Origin: an uncultured Solirubrobacterales bacterium
GTDB lineage: Bacteria > Actinomycetota > Thermoleophilia > Solirubrobacterales > Solirubrobacteraceae
NCBI GenBank assembly: GCA_963734715.1
Contig: CAVTIB010000002.1
Span: forward strand, 299,733 to 363,732
Direction: 5' to 3'
Length of the DNA stretch: 64,000 bases
Made by a program: the position numbers and the translations under genes
Part shown: in pieces, positions 9,654 through 19,094 of the stretch
Layout of the letters: each line of letters opens with the position of its first letter
How positions within the stretch are numbered: position 1 is the first letter of the stretch
The notes under the pieces: generated by a model
What the model was told of the DNA's origin: nothing
Database searches by the model: none
The model's input: only the letters and a program-made list of their open reading frames with translations

Positions 9654-10087
9654 GCGCGCCCAGATCGATCCCCGAGAGCGCGCCCGGCTCGATCTCCGAG
9701 CTGCGCCAGCGGCGACTGGAGTTGGCAGAGCAGGTGGCCGCGCTCACCTGGGACCTCGGCGGCCTTACCTACGAGATGGCCGTTCGCGACCACTACCGTC
9801 TCGACGTGCTCGCCCGCCGGGCCGCCGAGCTGCAGGAGGCCGACGCCCAGCTCGGCGAGGTGCAGCGGCTGCTGGCTGGCGCCGAGGCCGGCATTCACGG
9901 CCAGTGTCGCTCATGCGGCTCCGTGCACAGCCGCGGCGCGGCCTACTGCTGGCACTGCGGTGCCCCGCTGATGCAAGAGGCACGACCGTCGGTACTCGGA
10001 GACGCGGTGCATTCCGCCCAGCCAGCCGATCCTTCAGCGCTCAGCGTCAACGATCGTCCAGAGGATCTCGGTAGCGCCTCTCCATGA
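9650..10087 (+). CDS. Coiled-coil + zinc-ribbon protein
   Basis: Helical N-half (DLGGLTYEMAVRD), CRSCG..CWHCG; ATGA coupled. Confidence 0.75.
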   Translation: MSAPRSIPESAPGSISELRQRRLELAEQVAALTWDLGGLTYEMAVRDHYRLDVLARRAAELQEADAQLGEVQRLLAGAEAGIHGQCRSCGSVHSRGAAYCWHCGAPLMQEARPSVLGDAVHSAQPADPSALSVNDRPEDLGSASP

Positions 10088-10102
10088 CGTAGCGTGCCTC
10101 GG

Positions 10103-11119
10103 ATGGCACGCATCCTCTCCGCGCCGGCGCGGTTACGCACGCAAATCGCGCCACGGCGTCTACCGCTCACGCTGACAGTCCTGCTCACAGTCGCCTGCGC
10201 CACACTCGCGCTCCTACTCAGCCTCGCGCCGGCGTCCGCAAAGACGACGACGGCCAGGGCGTCCTCGGGCACCGGCCCGCATGAAGGTTCCTGTCCGATC
10301 TTCCCTAAGAGCAACTCGATCAATCAGGACATCTCCCACGCACCGGTCGACCCCAATTCGGCTGCCTACATCGCGAGCATCGGGCTCACGGGCCACCTGC
10401 ATCCGGACTTTGGCACCAATCCCAGCTACGGCATTCCCTACACGGTTGTCGATCCCCACCAGCCGAAGGTGCCAATCAAGTTCACCGAATACGGCGAAGA
10501 ATCCAATCCTGGTCCTTATCCGATCCCCGCAAACGCGCCGGTGGAGGGGGCAGGCGAAGCAGGCGATCGGCACGTGCTCGTGCTGCAGGAGGGAACCTGC
10601 AAGCTTTATGAGCTGTACAACGCCCAGCGCGCGGGAGCGGGCTGGGACGCGGGCTCGGGCGCCGTCTTTAACCTGCGCTCGAATGCGCTGCGCCCGAACG
10701 GCTGGACCTCAGCGGACGCCGCCGGGCTGCCGATCTTTCCCCTGCTCGTGCGCTATCCCGAAGTGCGCGCGGGTCAGATCGACCATGCTCTGCGCGTGAC
10801 CGTCCAGCGCACGCAGGCGGGCTTCATCCATCCCGCCACCCACTTGGCCTCCTCGAGCAGCGATCCCGATCTACCCCCAATGGGGCTGCGATTGCGCTTG
10901 AAGGCGAGCTACAGCCTCGCCGGCTACCACGGCGAGTCGCTGATCATTCTGCGTGCGCTAAAGCGCTACGGCTTGATCGTCGCCGATAACGGCTCGTCCT
11001 GGTACATCACCGGTGCGCCCGATCCTCGCTGGAACGACGCAGACCTGGAACAGATCAAGCAGGTCCCAGGCTCCGCCTTCGAGGCGGTGCAAACCGGGCC
11101 GGTACTGCACACCGGCTGA
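10103..11119 (+). CDS. Secreted hypothetical protein (DAAGLP / HALR motifs)
   Basis: Signal peptide; globular-looking body with GDRHVLV, WTSADAAGLPIFP, IDHALR; TAGCGT -10 seven nt before ATG. Confidence 0.75.
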   Translation: MARILSAPARLRTQIAPRRLPLTLTVLLTVACATLALLLSLAPASAKTTTARASSGTGPHEGSCPIFPKSNSINQDISHAPVDPNSAAYIASIGLTGHLHPDFGTNPSYGIPYTVVDPHQPKVPIKFTEYGEESNPGPYPIPANAPVEGAGEAGDRHVLVLQEGTCKLYELYNAQRAGAGWDAGSGAVFNLRSNALRPNGWTSADAAGLPIFPLLVRYPEVRAGQIDHALRVTVQRTQAGFIHPATHLASSSSDPDLPPMGLRLRLKASYSLAGYHGESLIILRALKRYGLIVADNGSSWYITGAPDPRWNDADLEQIKQVPGSAFEAVQTGPVLHTG

Positions 11120-11155
11120 TGTCCGCACGCTCCTGATGCGATTTGCGCTCCGTTG

Positions 11156-11446
11156 CTAGGCCTGGTGTTGCGGCTCGACCGGAGCCGCAGCGACCTGAGC
11201 CGGTGGCGTGGCGACCGGAGCCTGCACGGGGGCGGGCTGCGCTACCGGAGCCTGCGGCTGGGGCGCGGCCGCGGTCAGCGTCGACTGCTGCTGAGCGGGC
11301 TCCGTGTGGCCTGAGCTCACGGAATCCTTGAACTCACGCATGCCGGTTCCGAGCGAGCGGCCGATCTCCGGCAATCGCTTGGCACCAAACACCAGCAACA
11401 GAATGACGACGATGAAGGCAATGTGGAGTGGATTATCAAGTCCCAT
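11156..11446 (-). CDS. tatA: Twin-arginine translocase TatA/TatE subunit
   Basis: LLVFGAKRLPEIGRSLGTGMREFK; TAGACT -10 before ATG. Confidence 0.92.
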   Translation of the reverse strand: MGLDNPLHIAFIVVILLLVFGAKRLPEIGRSLGTGMREFKDSVSSGHTEPAQQQSTLTAAAPQPQAPVAQPAPVQAPVATPPAQVAAAPVEPQHQA

Positions 11447-11456
11447 TACCACCAGT

Positions 11457-11840
11457 CTACGCCTTCTCGGGGGCGTATGGATCATTTTTTAGTGTCCTTC
11501 GCACCAGTTGAGCCGCAATTAGGAGCATCAGCAATGCGAACGCGGTTCGCAGTACGGCTCCCGACAGCACGTTCGCCAAGCTCACGCCGGCCGCGGCGCC
11601 CACAATCGAGAGGGCGCCCATCCGCAGTGCGTCCGGCCGGCAGACGTTTCCGCGGCGGTCCTGAGCGATTGCGCCGACCAGCGCGACCGGGACGATCGCC
11701 AGCAGTGACGTCGCCTCCGCCTGATGCTGGCTCAACCCCAGGAAGATCACCAGACCCGGCACGAACAGCACCCCGCCGCCGATGCCCAGCAACCCCCCAA
11801 GCACTCCGGCTGCCAGCCCGATCGCGATCGCGCCGATCAT
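11457..11840 (-). CDS. TauE/SafE (TSUP) family transporter, half-size subunit
   Basis: GGLLGIGGGVLFVP, AEATSL. Confidence 0.8.
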   Translation of the reverse strand: MIGAIAIGLAAGVLGGLLGIGGGVLFVPGLVIFLGLSQHQAEATSLLAIVPVALVGAIAQDRRGNVCRPDALRMGALSIVGAAAGVSLANVLSGAVLRTAFALLMLLIAAQLVRRTLKNDPYAPEKA

Positions 11841-12172
11841 TCGAGTAGCAACTCGATCGCCGCGGCCACCAGCACCGCCGCGAACAGCAGCGCGATCGAG
11901 CGGGTGGCCAAACGTTGCTGGCACCACGTGCCGAGCATCACTCCGCCGACGGCGGGCACGCCGATCAACAGTCCGTCGAGCAACCGCACGTTGCCGTACG
12001 CCGCCTGCACTGCTGTGGCGAACGTCGCGATGAAGACGATCGTCGCCAGCGACGTTCCCGTGGCCACGCGCTCGCCGTAGCCCAGCCACAGCACAAGCAA
12101 CGGCACGATCACCGTCCCGCCGCCCACTCCGAAGAGCCCGCTGAACAAGCCCGCAGCCGTACCGATCGCCAT
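11837..12172 (-). CDS. TauE/SafE (TSUP) family transporter, half-size subunit (start may be 12232)
   Basis: SGLFGVGGGTVIVP, ATGTSL; ATGA overlap with partner. Confidence 0.8.
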   Translation of the reverse strand: MAIGTAAGLFSGLFGVGGGTVIVPLLVLWLGYGERVATGTSLATIVFIATFATAVQAAYGNVRLLDGLLIGVPAVGGVMLGTWCQQRLATRSIALLFAAVLVAAAIELLLE

Positions 12173-12279
12173 CAACTCGAGCGTTCGCGATCGCGAACGC
12201 TCGCTGCTCGTCCCCAGCTCCTCAGCGAGCACGTACGATGTGGGACCAATCAAGCACTGTGCGCGCCATACTAGTGCTC

Positions 12280-13089
12280 GTGTCACCTGCTGCCACGCTC
12301 GTGGAGGCGCTCGAGCCGCTCCGCTCCGAACCCGCCCGCGCAGCAGTGCTTCTCGACATCGACGGCACCCTGGCTCCGATCGTCCGGCATGCCGCCGACG
12401 CGCATGTTCCCGAGGCGACGCGCTCGCTGTTGATCGAGATCTCCAAGCGCTATGGCGTTGTCGGCTGCGTCAGCGGCCGCCGTGCAGCGACTGCCCGCCA
12501 GATCGTCGCGATCGGCACGATTGCCTACGTTGGCAATCACGGCGGCGAGCTGCTGCGCTCCGGGGCGACTCGCCCCGAGGTCGATCCCGAGCTGTCCGCC
12601 TGGACCGAGCGCGTGCGTCAGTTTGCCGCGCGTGCCTACACCGCCGAGCATCAGCGGATTCGCGTGCGCAGCGAGGACAAGGACGCGATCGCCGCATTCC
12701 ACTGGCGCGGCGCCCCTAACGAGGATCTGGCTGCCGAGGCGGTGCGGCGGATCGCCGAGCAGGCGCTCCAGGAGGGTCTGGCGGTCCACTGGGGGCGCAA
12801 GGTGCTGGAGGTGCGTCCGCCTGTCGCCCTGGACAAGGGTCTCGGCATCGCCACGCTGCTCAAGAGCCCACCCACCCCGCCGGTCACCACCGCGCTATAT
12901 GTCGGCGATGACAGCACCGACTTGGATGCCTTTCGCGGACTGCGCTCGCTCGTGCAGGCGGGAAGCTTGACTACCGCTATCTGTGTGGCGGTCAGCTCTG
13001 ATGAAGCTCCCCCGGAGCTGGCGGCGCAGGCCGATCTTCTAGTCGACGGCACCGGCGGCGTGCGCGGCTTGCTCGAGGCGTTGCTGTAG
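12280..13089 (+). CDS. otsB: Trehalose-6-phosphate phosphatase (HAD)
   Basis: LDIDGTLAPI, VSGR, GNHG, HWR, GRKVLEVRP, DKG, YVGDDSTDLDAF. Confidence 0.9.
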   Translation: MSPAATLVEALEPLRSEPARAAVLLDIDGTLAPIVRHAADAHVPEATRSLLIEISKRYGVVGCVSGRRAATARQIVAIGTIAYVGNHGGELLRSGATRPEVDPELSAWTERVRQFAARAYTAEHQRIRVRSEDKDAIAAFHWRGAPNEDLAAEAVRRIAEQALQEGLAVHWGRKVLEVRPPVALDKGLGIATLLKSPPTPPVTTALYVGDDSTDLDAFRGLRSLVQAGSLTTAICVAVSSDEAPPELAAQADLLVDGTGGVRGLLEALL

Positions 13090-13100
13090 TTAGTCTCAAA

Positions 13101-13631
13101 GTGCGCTTCGTCGATTTCCTCAAGACCACGGTTCTGCTCAGCGCTGGCGCCGCCACCGCGCTGGCCACGGTCACTGTCCTCGCCGCTGAGCAAAGCTCCA
13201 GCACACTGCTGGCGCCGATCGCTGTGGGCTGGTGGGTGCTCGCGACCCTGATCGGCCTGCGGATGGGCAGGCGGGCCGAGACCAGCCCACCGATCGCGCG
13301 TCTGCTCGCTGGTGCCAGGGCCACGACTACGCTGCCCGAGCAACACCCGGGGGCGATCCTGCTCAACCGGTTGTGGTCTTTGCTGCTGTTCACTTTGCTG
13401 GCGGGCGGCTTGGCCTTCCTCGCTCCCCAGATTCCCGGGATCGCCGCCGGCTTCGCGATTATCTGGGCGCTGGCTTGGCGCCGTCAGGATGCGGCGGTGG
13501 CGGCGATCGAGGAGCGCGACGGCGTGTGCTTCTACGTGCGCCGCACTTCCCCCGTACGACCGATGGCGCTCGATCGCGCACCCGGCTTCAAGGCGCTGCG
13601 CCCGGAGCGCGTAAACGGCGCCGTCACCTGA
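13101..13631 (+). CDS. Hypothetical membrane protein
   Basis: About four hydrophobic segments; operonic with otsB and GT4. Confidence 0.7.
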   Translation: MRFVDFLKTTVLLSAGAATALATVTVLAAEQSSSTLLAPIAVGWWVLATLIGLRMGRRAETSPPIARLLAGARATTTLPEQHPGAILLNRLWSLLLFTLLAGGLAFLAPQIPGIAAGFAIIWALAWRRQDAAVAAIEERDGVCFYVRRTSPVRPMALDRAPGFKALRPERVNGAVT

Positions 13632-13632
13632 C

Positions 13633-14688
13633 ATGGCCGCCAAGCCCGCGGTGGACGTGCTGATCGTCTCGCTGGGCTCCACCAGGGGTTTGCGCGCGGC
13701 CGACACGGAGCTGGCGCAGTCACTGCGCCGAGCCGGTGTGAGCGCGACGGTCGCTCAGGCCGCGCCACCGCCACGGATGCGCACCCTCGTTCTGACCGAT
13801 CTGGGCTGGGCGCTGGCGGCTCGCCGCGCGGGCAGCGCTGAACTCGACCGCCTGCGCCCGCGCGCGGTGATCTACTCGAGCACCACCGCCGCGTTGTTGT
13901 GGCCGAGGCCGGGAGCGATTCGCTTTGACGCCACCTCCGCCGGTAACCGCCGCGGACGCCATGGCCTCTGGCAGCGACCGCTCGAGCGCCGCCGGCTGCG
14001 CCAGGCGCCGCTACTGCTTCCGTGGAGCGAGAGTGGCCTGCTCGAGGCGCCCGCGTCTGCCCATCGGGGGGACCGGGCGCTGGTGCTCCCCGTCCCGGTA
14101 GAGCCTTCGGGACCCGCCGAGCCGGTGAGGGACATCGCCGCGATCACCTACGCTGCCAACCCCTCGAAGAAGGGGCTCGACCGGGTGCTCGAGGCCTGGC
14201 GAGGCTTGCGGGCCGAATGGGCGCAGGAACACTCAAAAGAGCACCCGGATGAGCTGCTGATCGCCGGCGCCTCGGCGGCGGAGCTCCAGGCTGTCGGACT
14301 GCTTGCACCCAGAGAGGAGGGTGTGCGAGTGCTGGGCGTGCTCGCCACCGAGGAGTACCGAGAGCTCCTGCGACGGGCGCGCGTGTTCGTCTGTGCCCCG
14401 CGCCGCGAGGACTATGGGCTCGCCCAGCTCGAGGCGCTCGCCGACGGCTGCCTGCTCGTCAGCACCCCCGCGCCTGGACCATATGCGGCGCTTCCAATTG
14501 CCCGCGAGCTCGACCGGCGGTTGGTAAGCGACGATCTCCGCAGCGCGCTACGCGTCGCACTGGAGAATCCGCTGCCCGACTACGCGATACGCGCGCGCGA
14601 GGCGCTTGCACCGTTCAGCCGCGTGGCGGTCGACCGGGCGGTGGCCGAGCAGCTGCTGCCGCGGCTGTTGCCGGATATCCGCAGGTGA
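13633..14688 (+). CDS. Glycosyltransferase family 4 (GT-B)
   Basis: KKGLD, VFVCAPRREDYGLAQLEALADGC. Confidence 0.82.
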   Translation: MAAKPAVDVLIVSLGSTRGLRAADTELAQSLRRAGVSATVAQAAPPPRMRTLVLTDLGWALAARRAGSAELDRLRPRAVIYSSTTAALLWPRPGAIRFDATSAGNRRGRHGLWQRPLERRRLRQAPLLLPWSESGLLEAPASAHRGDRALVLPVPVEPSGPAEPVRDIAAITYAANPSKKGLDRVLEAWRGLRAEWAQEHSKEHPDELLIAGASAAELQAVGLLAPREEGVRVLGVLATEEYRELLRRARVFVCAPRREDYGLAQLEALADGCLLVSTPAPGPYAALPIARELDRRLVSDDLRSALRVALENPLPDYAIRAREALAPFSRVAVDRAVAEQLLPRLLPDIRR

Positions 14689-14716
14689 GGCGATGGGCCG
14701 CAGGTGAGGCGATGGG
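14679..14716 (+). repeat. Perfect 19-bp tandem duplication spanning the GT4 stop codon
   Basis: CCGCAGGTGAGGCGATGGG x2. Confidence 0.9.
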
Positions 14717-14735
14717 GATGTCGTAAGTAAGCGGG

Positions 14736-16478
14736 ATGGGGACATCCTGGAGTTCCGCGCGTGGATATGTGGCGCGTTTTCCCGGAAGACGCTGGTGCGC
14801 GTCGGCATGGGTGACGATCGGCGCGACACTGGGCTTTATCGCCCTCACCTGCTGGTGGTTGACGCAGGATCGCAGCATCCCGATCTACGATGCGGGTGAC
14901 CATCTCCAGGTCGCACTGTACTTCCACCAGCTGCTAGCCAGCGGCGATCTGCTCGGACCGCTGAAGTTCACATGGCAATACCCGCCCTTGGGCGAGCTCG
15001 TCGGCGCATTGGCGGCATCGATTGGCGGGGTCAACGTTGCGGCGCCGATCATCGGCGAGAACGTCCTGTTCGTGTCACTGCTGAGCCTTGGCTGTTACCA
15101 GACGGGACGGCTGCTATTCGATGCCAGGGTGGGGATGTTGGCGAGCATCTTTGCGTTGGGCTCGCCGCTGCTGATCGCTCAGTTCCACGTTTTCATGCTC
15201 GACGCCCCCGAGACCGCCCTGGTGTCCATTTCGATGTGGCTGATTCTCGCCAGTGAAGATTTCAGCGCTCGCAAGTTCACCGTGCTCGCCGCTCTAGCCT
15301 GCGGAGCTGGCGTATTGATCAAGGTGCAGTTCCCGTTTTTTATCATTGGCCTGCTGCTCGCCGCCGTGCTGCACGGTGGGTGGCGGCGCCGGGGGCAGTT
15401 GGAGCTGTTTGCCCTGCTCACTCTGTTGGTGGGGGCGCCCTGGTACATCTTTCATCGGTCAGAGTTCTCGACCATCTTCAGCCTAGCCGGATCGGGCTCA
15501 GAAGTAATCAATGACCTCAAGGTGGCCGGAGCGAGCTCAGCGGCGATCAGCGGGACTCTGCCTCCCACCTGGTCCATACGAAATTTCACCTGGTATTTCT
15601 GGAGCGCACTGAACTCAGAGTTGTACTTCTTCCTGTTCGCGTTCCTGATGGTGGGCGCGCTGTGGATGCTGATGATCCAACTGCGACATGCGCGCCGCCC
15701 TGTTGATTTCACAGGTGCTCACCCCCAAGGGGGTGATTCCCGCCGTCAGGTGGCGCGGCTCGAGTTGCTCTGCGGGGCGTTCGTTGCGTGGCTGGGGATC
15801 ACCCTCACTCCTCACCACGACATTCGCTACGGCATGGGGCTGCTGCCCTACCTCGCCGTGATTGCCACCGGCTGGATCGTGTCACTGCCCCGCGTGGGGC
15901 GGGTGGCAGCGAGTATCGCAGTGGTGCTCGCGGTGCTGGCAAACACCTTGAGCACCACGTTTGGCCTCGGCGGCACGGTGGTACTCGCTTTGGCGCACCC
16001 GCTATCGGTCAGCCAGGCCCAGCCTGACCGGATAACGCTGTATTCGAGCAACGGATATCTCGTGGCTGGTCCCAGGCGTGATGGTGATCTCGAGAGTGTG
16101 CTGAAAAGTCTCAGGCGGAGCGGCGTGCGCGGCGTGCGGCTGCGTGAGAGTGAAGGCACCAGGCCCGATTTCTCCTTTGAAGGAGTAGTTCCCTTGGACA
16201 CGATCGCGGGACTCTCCAGCACTATCGAAAATGGATTTGGAGGGACCGACATCGCCTCTATACGCTTCGACTATACGGATGTCAGCTCGAGTGTCGTCGC
16301 GTTGATTCATCGGGCGATCACGTCTGCTTCGCCCCCAGCGTGCACGCGGCTCAGCGACCAGACCGGCGTGTGGGTGGCGCGGCGCAACCCCCGGACACAC
16401 TCGGTCATGCTCTACTGCCCGTCGCTTACTCCCGCTTACTATGGGAGCATCGCGGCGTATGGTGAACCGCTCAGCTGA
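14736..16478 (+). CDS. ArnT/PMT-like (GT-C) membrane glycosyltransferase
   Basis: Multiple TM helices, YDAGDH, YPPL, MLDAP, LIK; atypical codon usage. Confidence 0.75.
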   Translation: MGTSWSSARGYVARFPGRRWCASAWVTIGATLGFIALTCWWLTQDRSIPIYDAGDHLQVALYFHQLLASGDLLGPLKFTWQYPPLGELVGALAASIGGVNVAAPIIGENVLFVSLLSLGCYQTGRLLFDARVGMLASIFALGSPLLIAQFHVFMLDAPETALVSISMWLILASEDFSARKFTVLAALACGAGVLIKVQFPFFIIGLLLAAVLHGGWRRRGQLELFALLTLLVGAPWYIFHRSEFSTIFSLAGSGSEVINDLKVAGASSAAISGTLPPTWSIRNFTWYFWSALNSELYFFLFAFLMVGALWMLMIQLRHARRPVDFTGAHPQGGDSRRQVARLELLCGAFVAWLGITLTPHHDIRYGMGLLPYLAVIATGWIVSLPRVGRVAASIAVVLAVLANTLSTTFGLGGTVVLALAHPLSVSQAQPDRITLYSSNGYLVAGPRRDGDLESVLKSLRRSGVRGVRLRESEGTRPDFSFEGVVPLDTIAGLSSTIENGFGGTDIASIRFDYTDVSSSVVALIHRAITSASPPACTRLSDQTGVWVARRNPRTHSVMLYCPSLTPAYYGSIAAYGEPLS

Positions 16479-16516
16479 AACCGCCCGACAAACCGCTCGG
16501 CTGAAACTGCCCGACT
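16465..16516 (+). repeat. 26-bp imperfect tandem duplication spanning a stop codon
   Basis: AACCGCTCAGCTGAAACCGCCCGACA / AACCGCTCGGCTGAAACTGCCCGACT. Confidence 0.85.
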
Positions 16517-16532
16517 GAACGCCGTTCGGACT

Positions 16533-18269
16533 TCAGCGCCCGCGCTTTCCCAGCGTGACGAGCTCGCTCCACGGCCGGGTGTTGACGACGTCGGCGGCGG
16601 TCAGCCACGCGCGCCGCGCGGTGGCAATCCCCCAGCGCATGTTTGCGAGCGTGTCCGTGCGGTGCGCATCGGAATCGATCACGATCGGAACGCCCGCGAG
16701 CGCCGCTGCGCGCGCGTGAATGTCAGAGAGGTCGCGCCGGCCGGGGTTGGCGTTGATCTCGAGCATCGTCTCCGCTTTAGCAGCCGCCGCGAATACCGCG
16801 TCGAGATCGATCGCGTAGGGCTCGCGTCGGGAGATCAGCCGCCCAGTTGGATGGCCGATCGCTTTGACCAGGGGATGCTCGACAGCGGCGATCATGCGCT
16901 CGGTCATCGCCTGTTCGCTCATCCCGAACGACGTGTGGATGCTGGCGATCACCCAGTCGAGCTCGGCGAGCAGCTCGTCCTCGTAGTCGAGCGAGCCGTC
17001 GGGCAGGACATTTACCTCGCTGCCGGCGAGCAACTCGATGCCCTCCAGCCGGGCATTCGCTTCTCTCACCAGCTCGATCTGGCGGCGCAGCTGCTCGGGC
17101 GAAACATCGTCGCCAAAGCCGTGTGAGGCCGAATGATCGGTGATTGCCAGATACTCGTATCCCCGCTCGCGTGCGGCGAGCGCCATCTCCTCGATTGAGT
17201 TCTCCCCGTCGGAGGCCGTCGTGTGGCTGTGCAGATCGCCGCGGATGTCCGCTAGCTCGATCAGCCGGGGCAGCTCGCCGCCGCGAGCGCCCTCCAGCTC
17301 GCCACGGTTCTCGCGCAGCTCGGGCTCGATGTAAGAGAGGCCGAGCAGCTCGTATACCTCCTGCTCGGTGGCGCAGGTGTGGGTGACGGCGGTCGCATCC
17401 TCGAGCACCCCGTACTCGGAGACGTGCAGGCCCCTGCGTACCGCCGCTTCGCGTAGCGCGGCATTGTGCGCTCCCGAGCCCGTGAAGTGCTGCAGCAGGT
17501 TGCCGAGCTGGCCGGGCTGGGCGATTCTCAGATCGACGCCGATGCCGATGTGGGTGCGTCCCTTGGCTCCGGGCTTACCGGCGGAGCTCACACGCTCGAT
17601 CTCCGGCAGGCCGGCGAGGCTCTTGGCGAGCGTCGTCGGCTTGGAGGTGGTGGCGATCAGGTCGATGTCCTTCACGCTGTCCGCCATGCGCCGTGCCGAT
17701 CCCGCCACCTGCACGTGTGTGCCCGAACCGCCCCGCTCGATCAGGCCCGCGGCGAGCGTCTCGCCCAGCTCGATCGCGCGTGGCAGCAGCAGACGCTCGG
17801 ACGCCCGCCCGGGTATGCCTGCCTCGAGCGCCGCGAGCACGCCCGTCTCGAACTTCGCGCCGAGTCCCTTCACGTCGCGCAGCCGCTGCGCGAGTGCTGC
17901 CTCGCGCAACTTCTCGGGCGAGTCGATGCCGAGCTCCGTGAACATCAGCCGCGCGCGCTTCGGTCCGAGGCCGGGGAGCCGTGTGATTGCGATCAGGCCT
18001 GGAGGGAACTGCGCGCGCATCCGCTCCGTCGAGGGGGTCGTGCCGGTGTCGAGCAACGTGATGATCTTTTGCTGGAGCGTCGCGCCGATCCCCTGAAGCT
18101 CGGTCGCCCGGCCGGCGCGGGCCAGCGCGGCGACCGAGAGCGATGCCTCGCGAACCGTCTTGGCCGCGTTGCGATAGGCCAGCACGCGATGGATGACCGC
18201 GCCGTCGAGCTCATATAGATCGCCCAGCTCATCCAATGCATCGGCGATCGCCCCATTCGTCATCTCCAC
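16533..18269 (-). CDS. polX: DNA polymerase X with PHP domain
   Basis: AGSARR, KDIDL, VDLR, FTGS..HN; PHP motifs DLHSHT, ITDHS, DSDAH; start inferred from TACCCT -10. Confidence 0.92.
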   Translation of the reverse strand: MEMTNGAIADALDELGDLYELDGAVIHRVLAYRNAAKTVREASLSVAALARAGRATELQGIGATLQQKIITLLDTGTTPSTERMRAQFPPGLIAITRLPGLGPKRARLMFTELGIDSPEKLREAALAQRLRDVKGLGAKFETGVLAALEAGIPGRASERLLLPRAIELGETLAAGLIERGGSGTHVQVAGSARRMADSVKDIDLIATTSKPTTLAKSLAGLPEIERVSSAGKPGAKGRTHIGIGVDLRIAQPGQLGNLLQHFTGSGAHNAALREAAVRRGLHVSEYGVLEDATAVTHTCATEQEVYELLGLSYIEPELRENRGELEGARGGELPRLIELADIRGDLHSHTTASDGENSIEEMALAARERGYEYLAITDHSASHGFGDDVSPEQLRRQIELVREANARLEGIELLAGSEVNVLPDGSLDYEDELLAELDWVIASIHTSFGMSEQAMTERMIAAVEHPLVKAIGHPTGRLISRREPYAIDLDAVFAAAAKAETMLEINANPGRRDLSDIHARAAALAGVPIVIDSDAHRTDTLANMRWGIATARRAWLTAADVVNTRPWSELVTLGKRGR

Positions 18270-18290
18270 TGCTCTAGGGTACGCCGACCG

Positions 18291-19010
18291 ATGTCTGGCG
18301 AGCCCTGGCTGATCCTCCCCACATACAACGAGGCCGAGAATATCGAGGCGATCGTCGCTGCCGCTGGAGAGGCGCTCCGTGGCGCCGCGCCCGACGGTTG
18401 GCGTGTGCTGGTCGTCGATGACGGCTCGCCCGACGGCACCGGTGAGATCGCCGATGCTCTCGCCTCCAAGCACGATTGGGTGCAGGTGCTGCATCGCGCC
18501 GAGAAGAACGGCATCGGCCCGGCCTACCTGGCGGGCTTTCGCTACGCCCTCGATCACGGCGCGGGCTATGTGATGGAGATGGACTCCGACTTCTCCCACA
18601 ACCCAGCTGACCTCGCTCGGCTACTTCAGGCGGTCAAAGCAGGCGCTGATCTGGCGCTCGGCTCGCGCTACGTGCCCGGCGGCGGCGTTGTCGATTGGGG
18701 TCTGCTGCGGCGTTTCATCTCAGAGGGCGGCTCCACTTATGCCCGCCTGGTGCTCGGCCTGCGGGTGCGGGATCTGACCGGCGGCTTCAAGTGCTTTCGC
18801 CGCGAGGTGCTCGAGGCGATCCACTTCGACGGCGTGCGCTCCCAGGGGTATGCGTTTCAGGTCGAGCTGACCTATCGCGCGGTGCGCGCCGGCTTTCACG
18901 TGGTCGAGGTGCCGATCGTCTTCAAAGACCGCGAGCGGGGACAGAGCAAGATGTCCTGGCGAATCGCCGCCGAGGCGATGTGGCTCGTGCCGCAGCTGCG
19001 CTTCAAATAA
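18291..19010 (+). CDS. ppm1: Polyprenol monophosphomannose synthase (GT2)
   Basis: LPTYNEAEN, VVDDGSPDGTG, EMDSDFSH, DLTGGFKCFRR, GYAFQVE, GQSKMS. Confidence 0.85.
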   Translation: MSGEPWLILPTYNEAENIEAIVAAAGEALRGAAPDGWRVLVVDDGSPDGTGEIADALASKHDWVQVLHRAEKNGIGPAYLAGFRYALDHGAGYVMEMDSDFSHNPADLARLLQAVKAGADLALGSRYVPGGGVVDWGLLRRFISEGGSTYARLVLGLRVRDLTGGFKCFRREVLEAIHFDGVRSQGYAFQVELTYRAVRAGFHVVEVPIVFKDRERGQSKMSWRIAAEAMWLVPQLRFK

Positions 19011-19067
19011 GGGCGCCTGCGCAGCTGCGCTTCAAATAAGGAGGCTCCGCGGCTGCGCTTCAGGTAA
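18991..19067 (+). repeat. Three-copy ~28-29 bp tandem repeat of the ppm1 3' end
   Basis: CGCAGCTGCGCTTCAAATAAGG at 18991 and 19020, degenerate copy at 19048. Confidence 0.9.
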
Positions 19068-19094
19068 TCGCGCCCACAGGCCGATGAAGAGACG

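Noticed and set aside
18991-19067. Mini-CRISPR-like direct repeats
   Set aside because: Gaps are only ~6-7 nt, the repeat is the ppm1 3' end, and no cas genes are present
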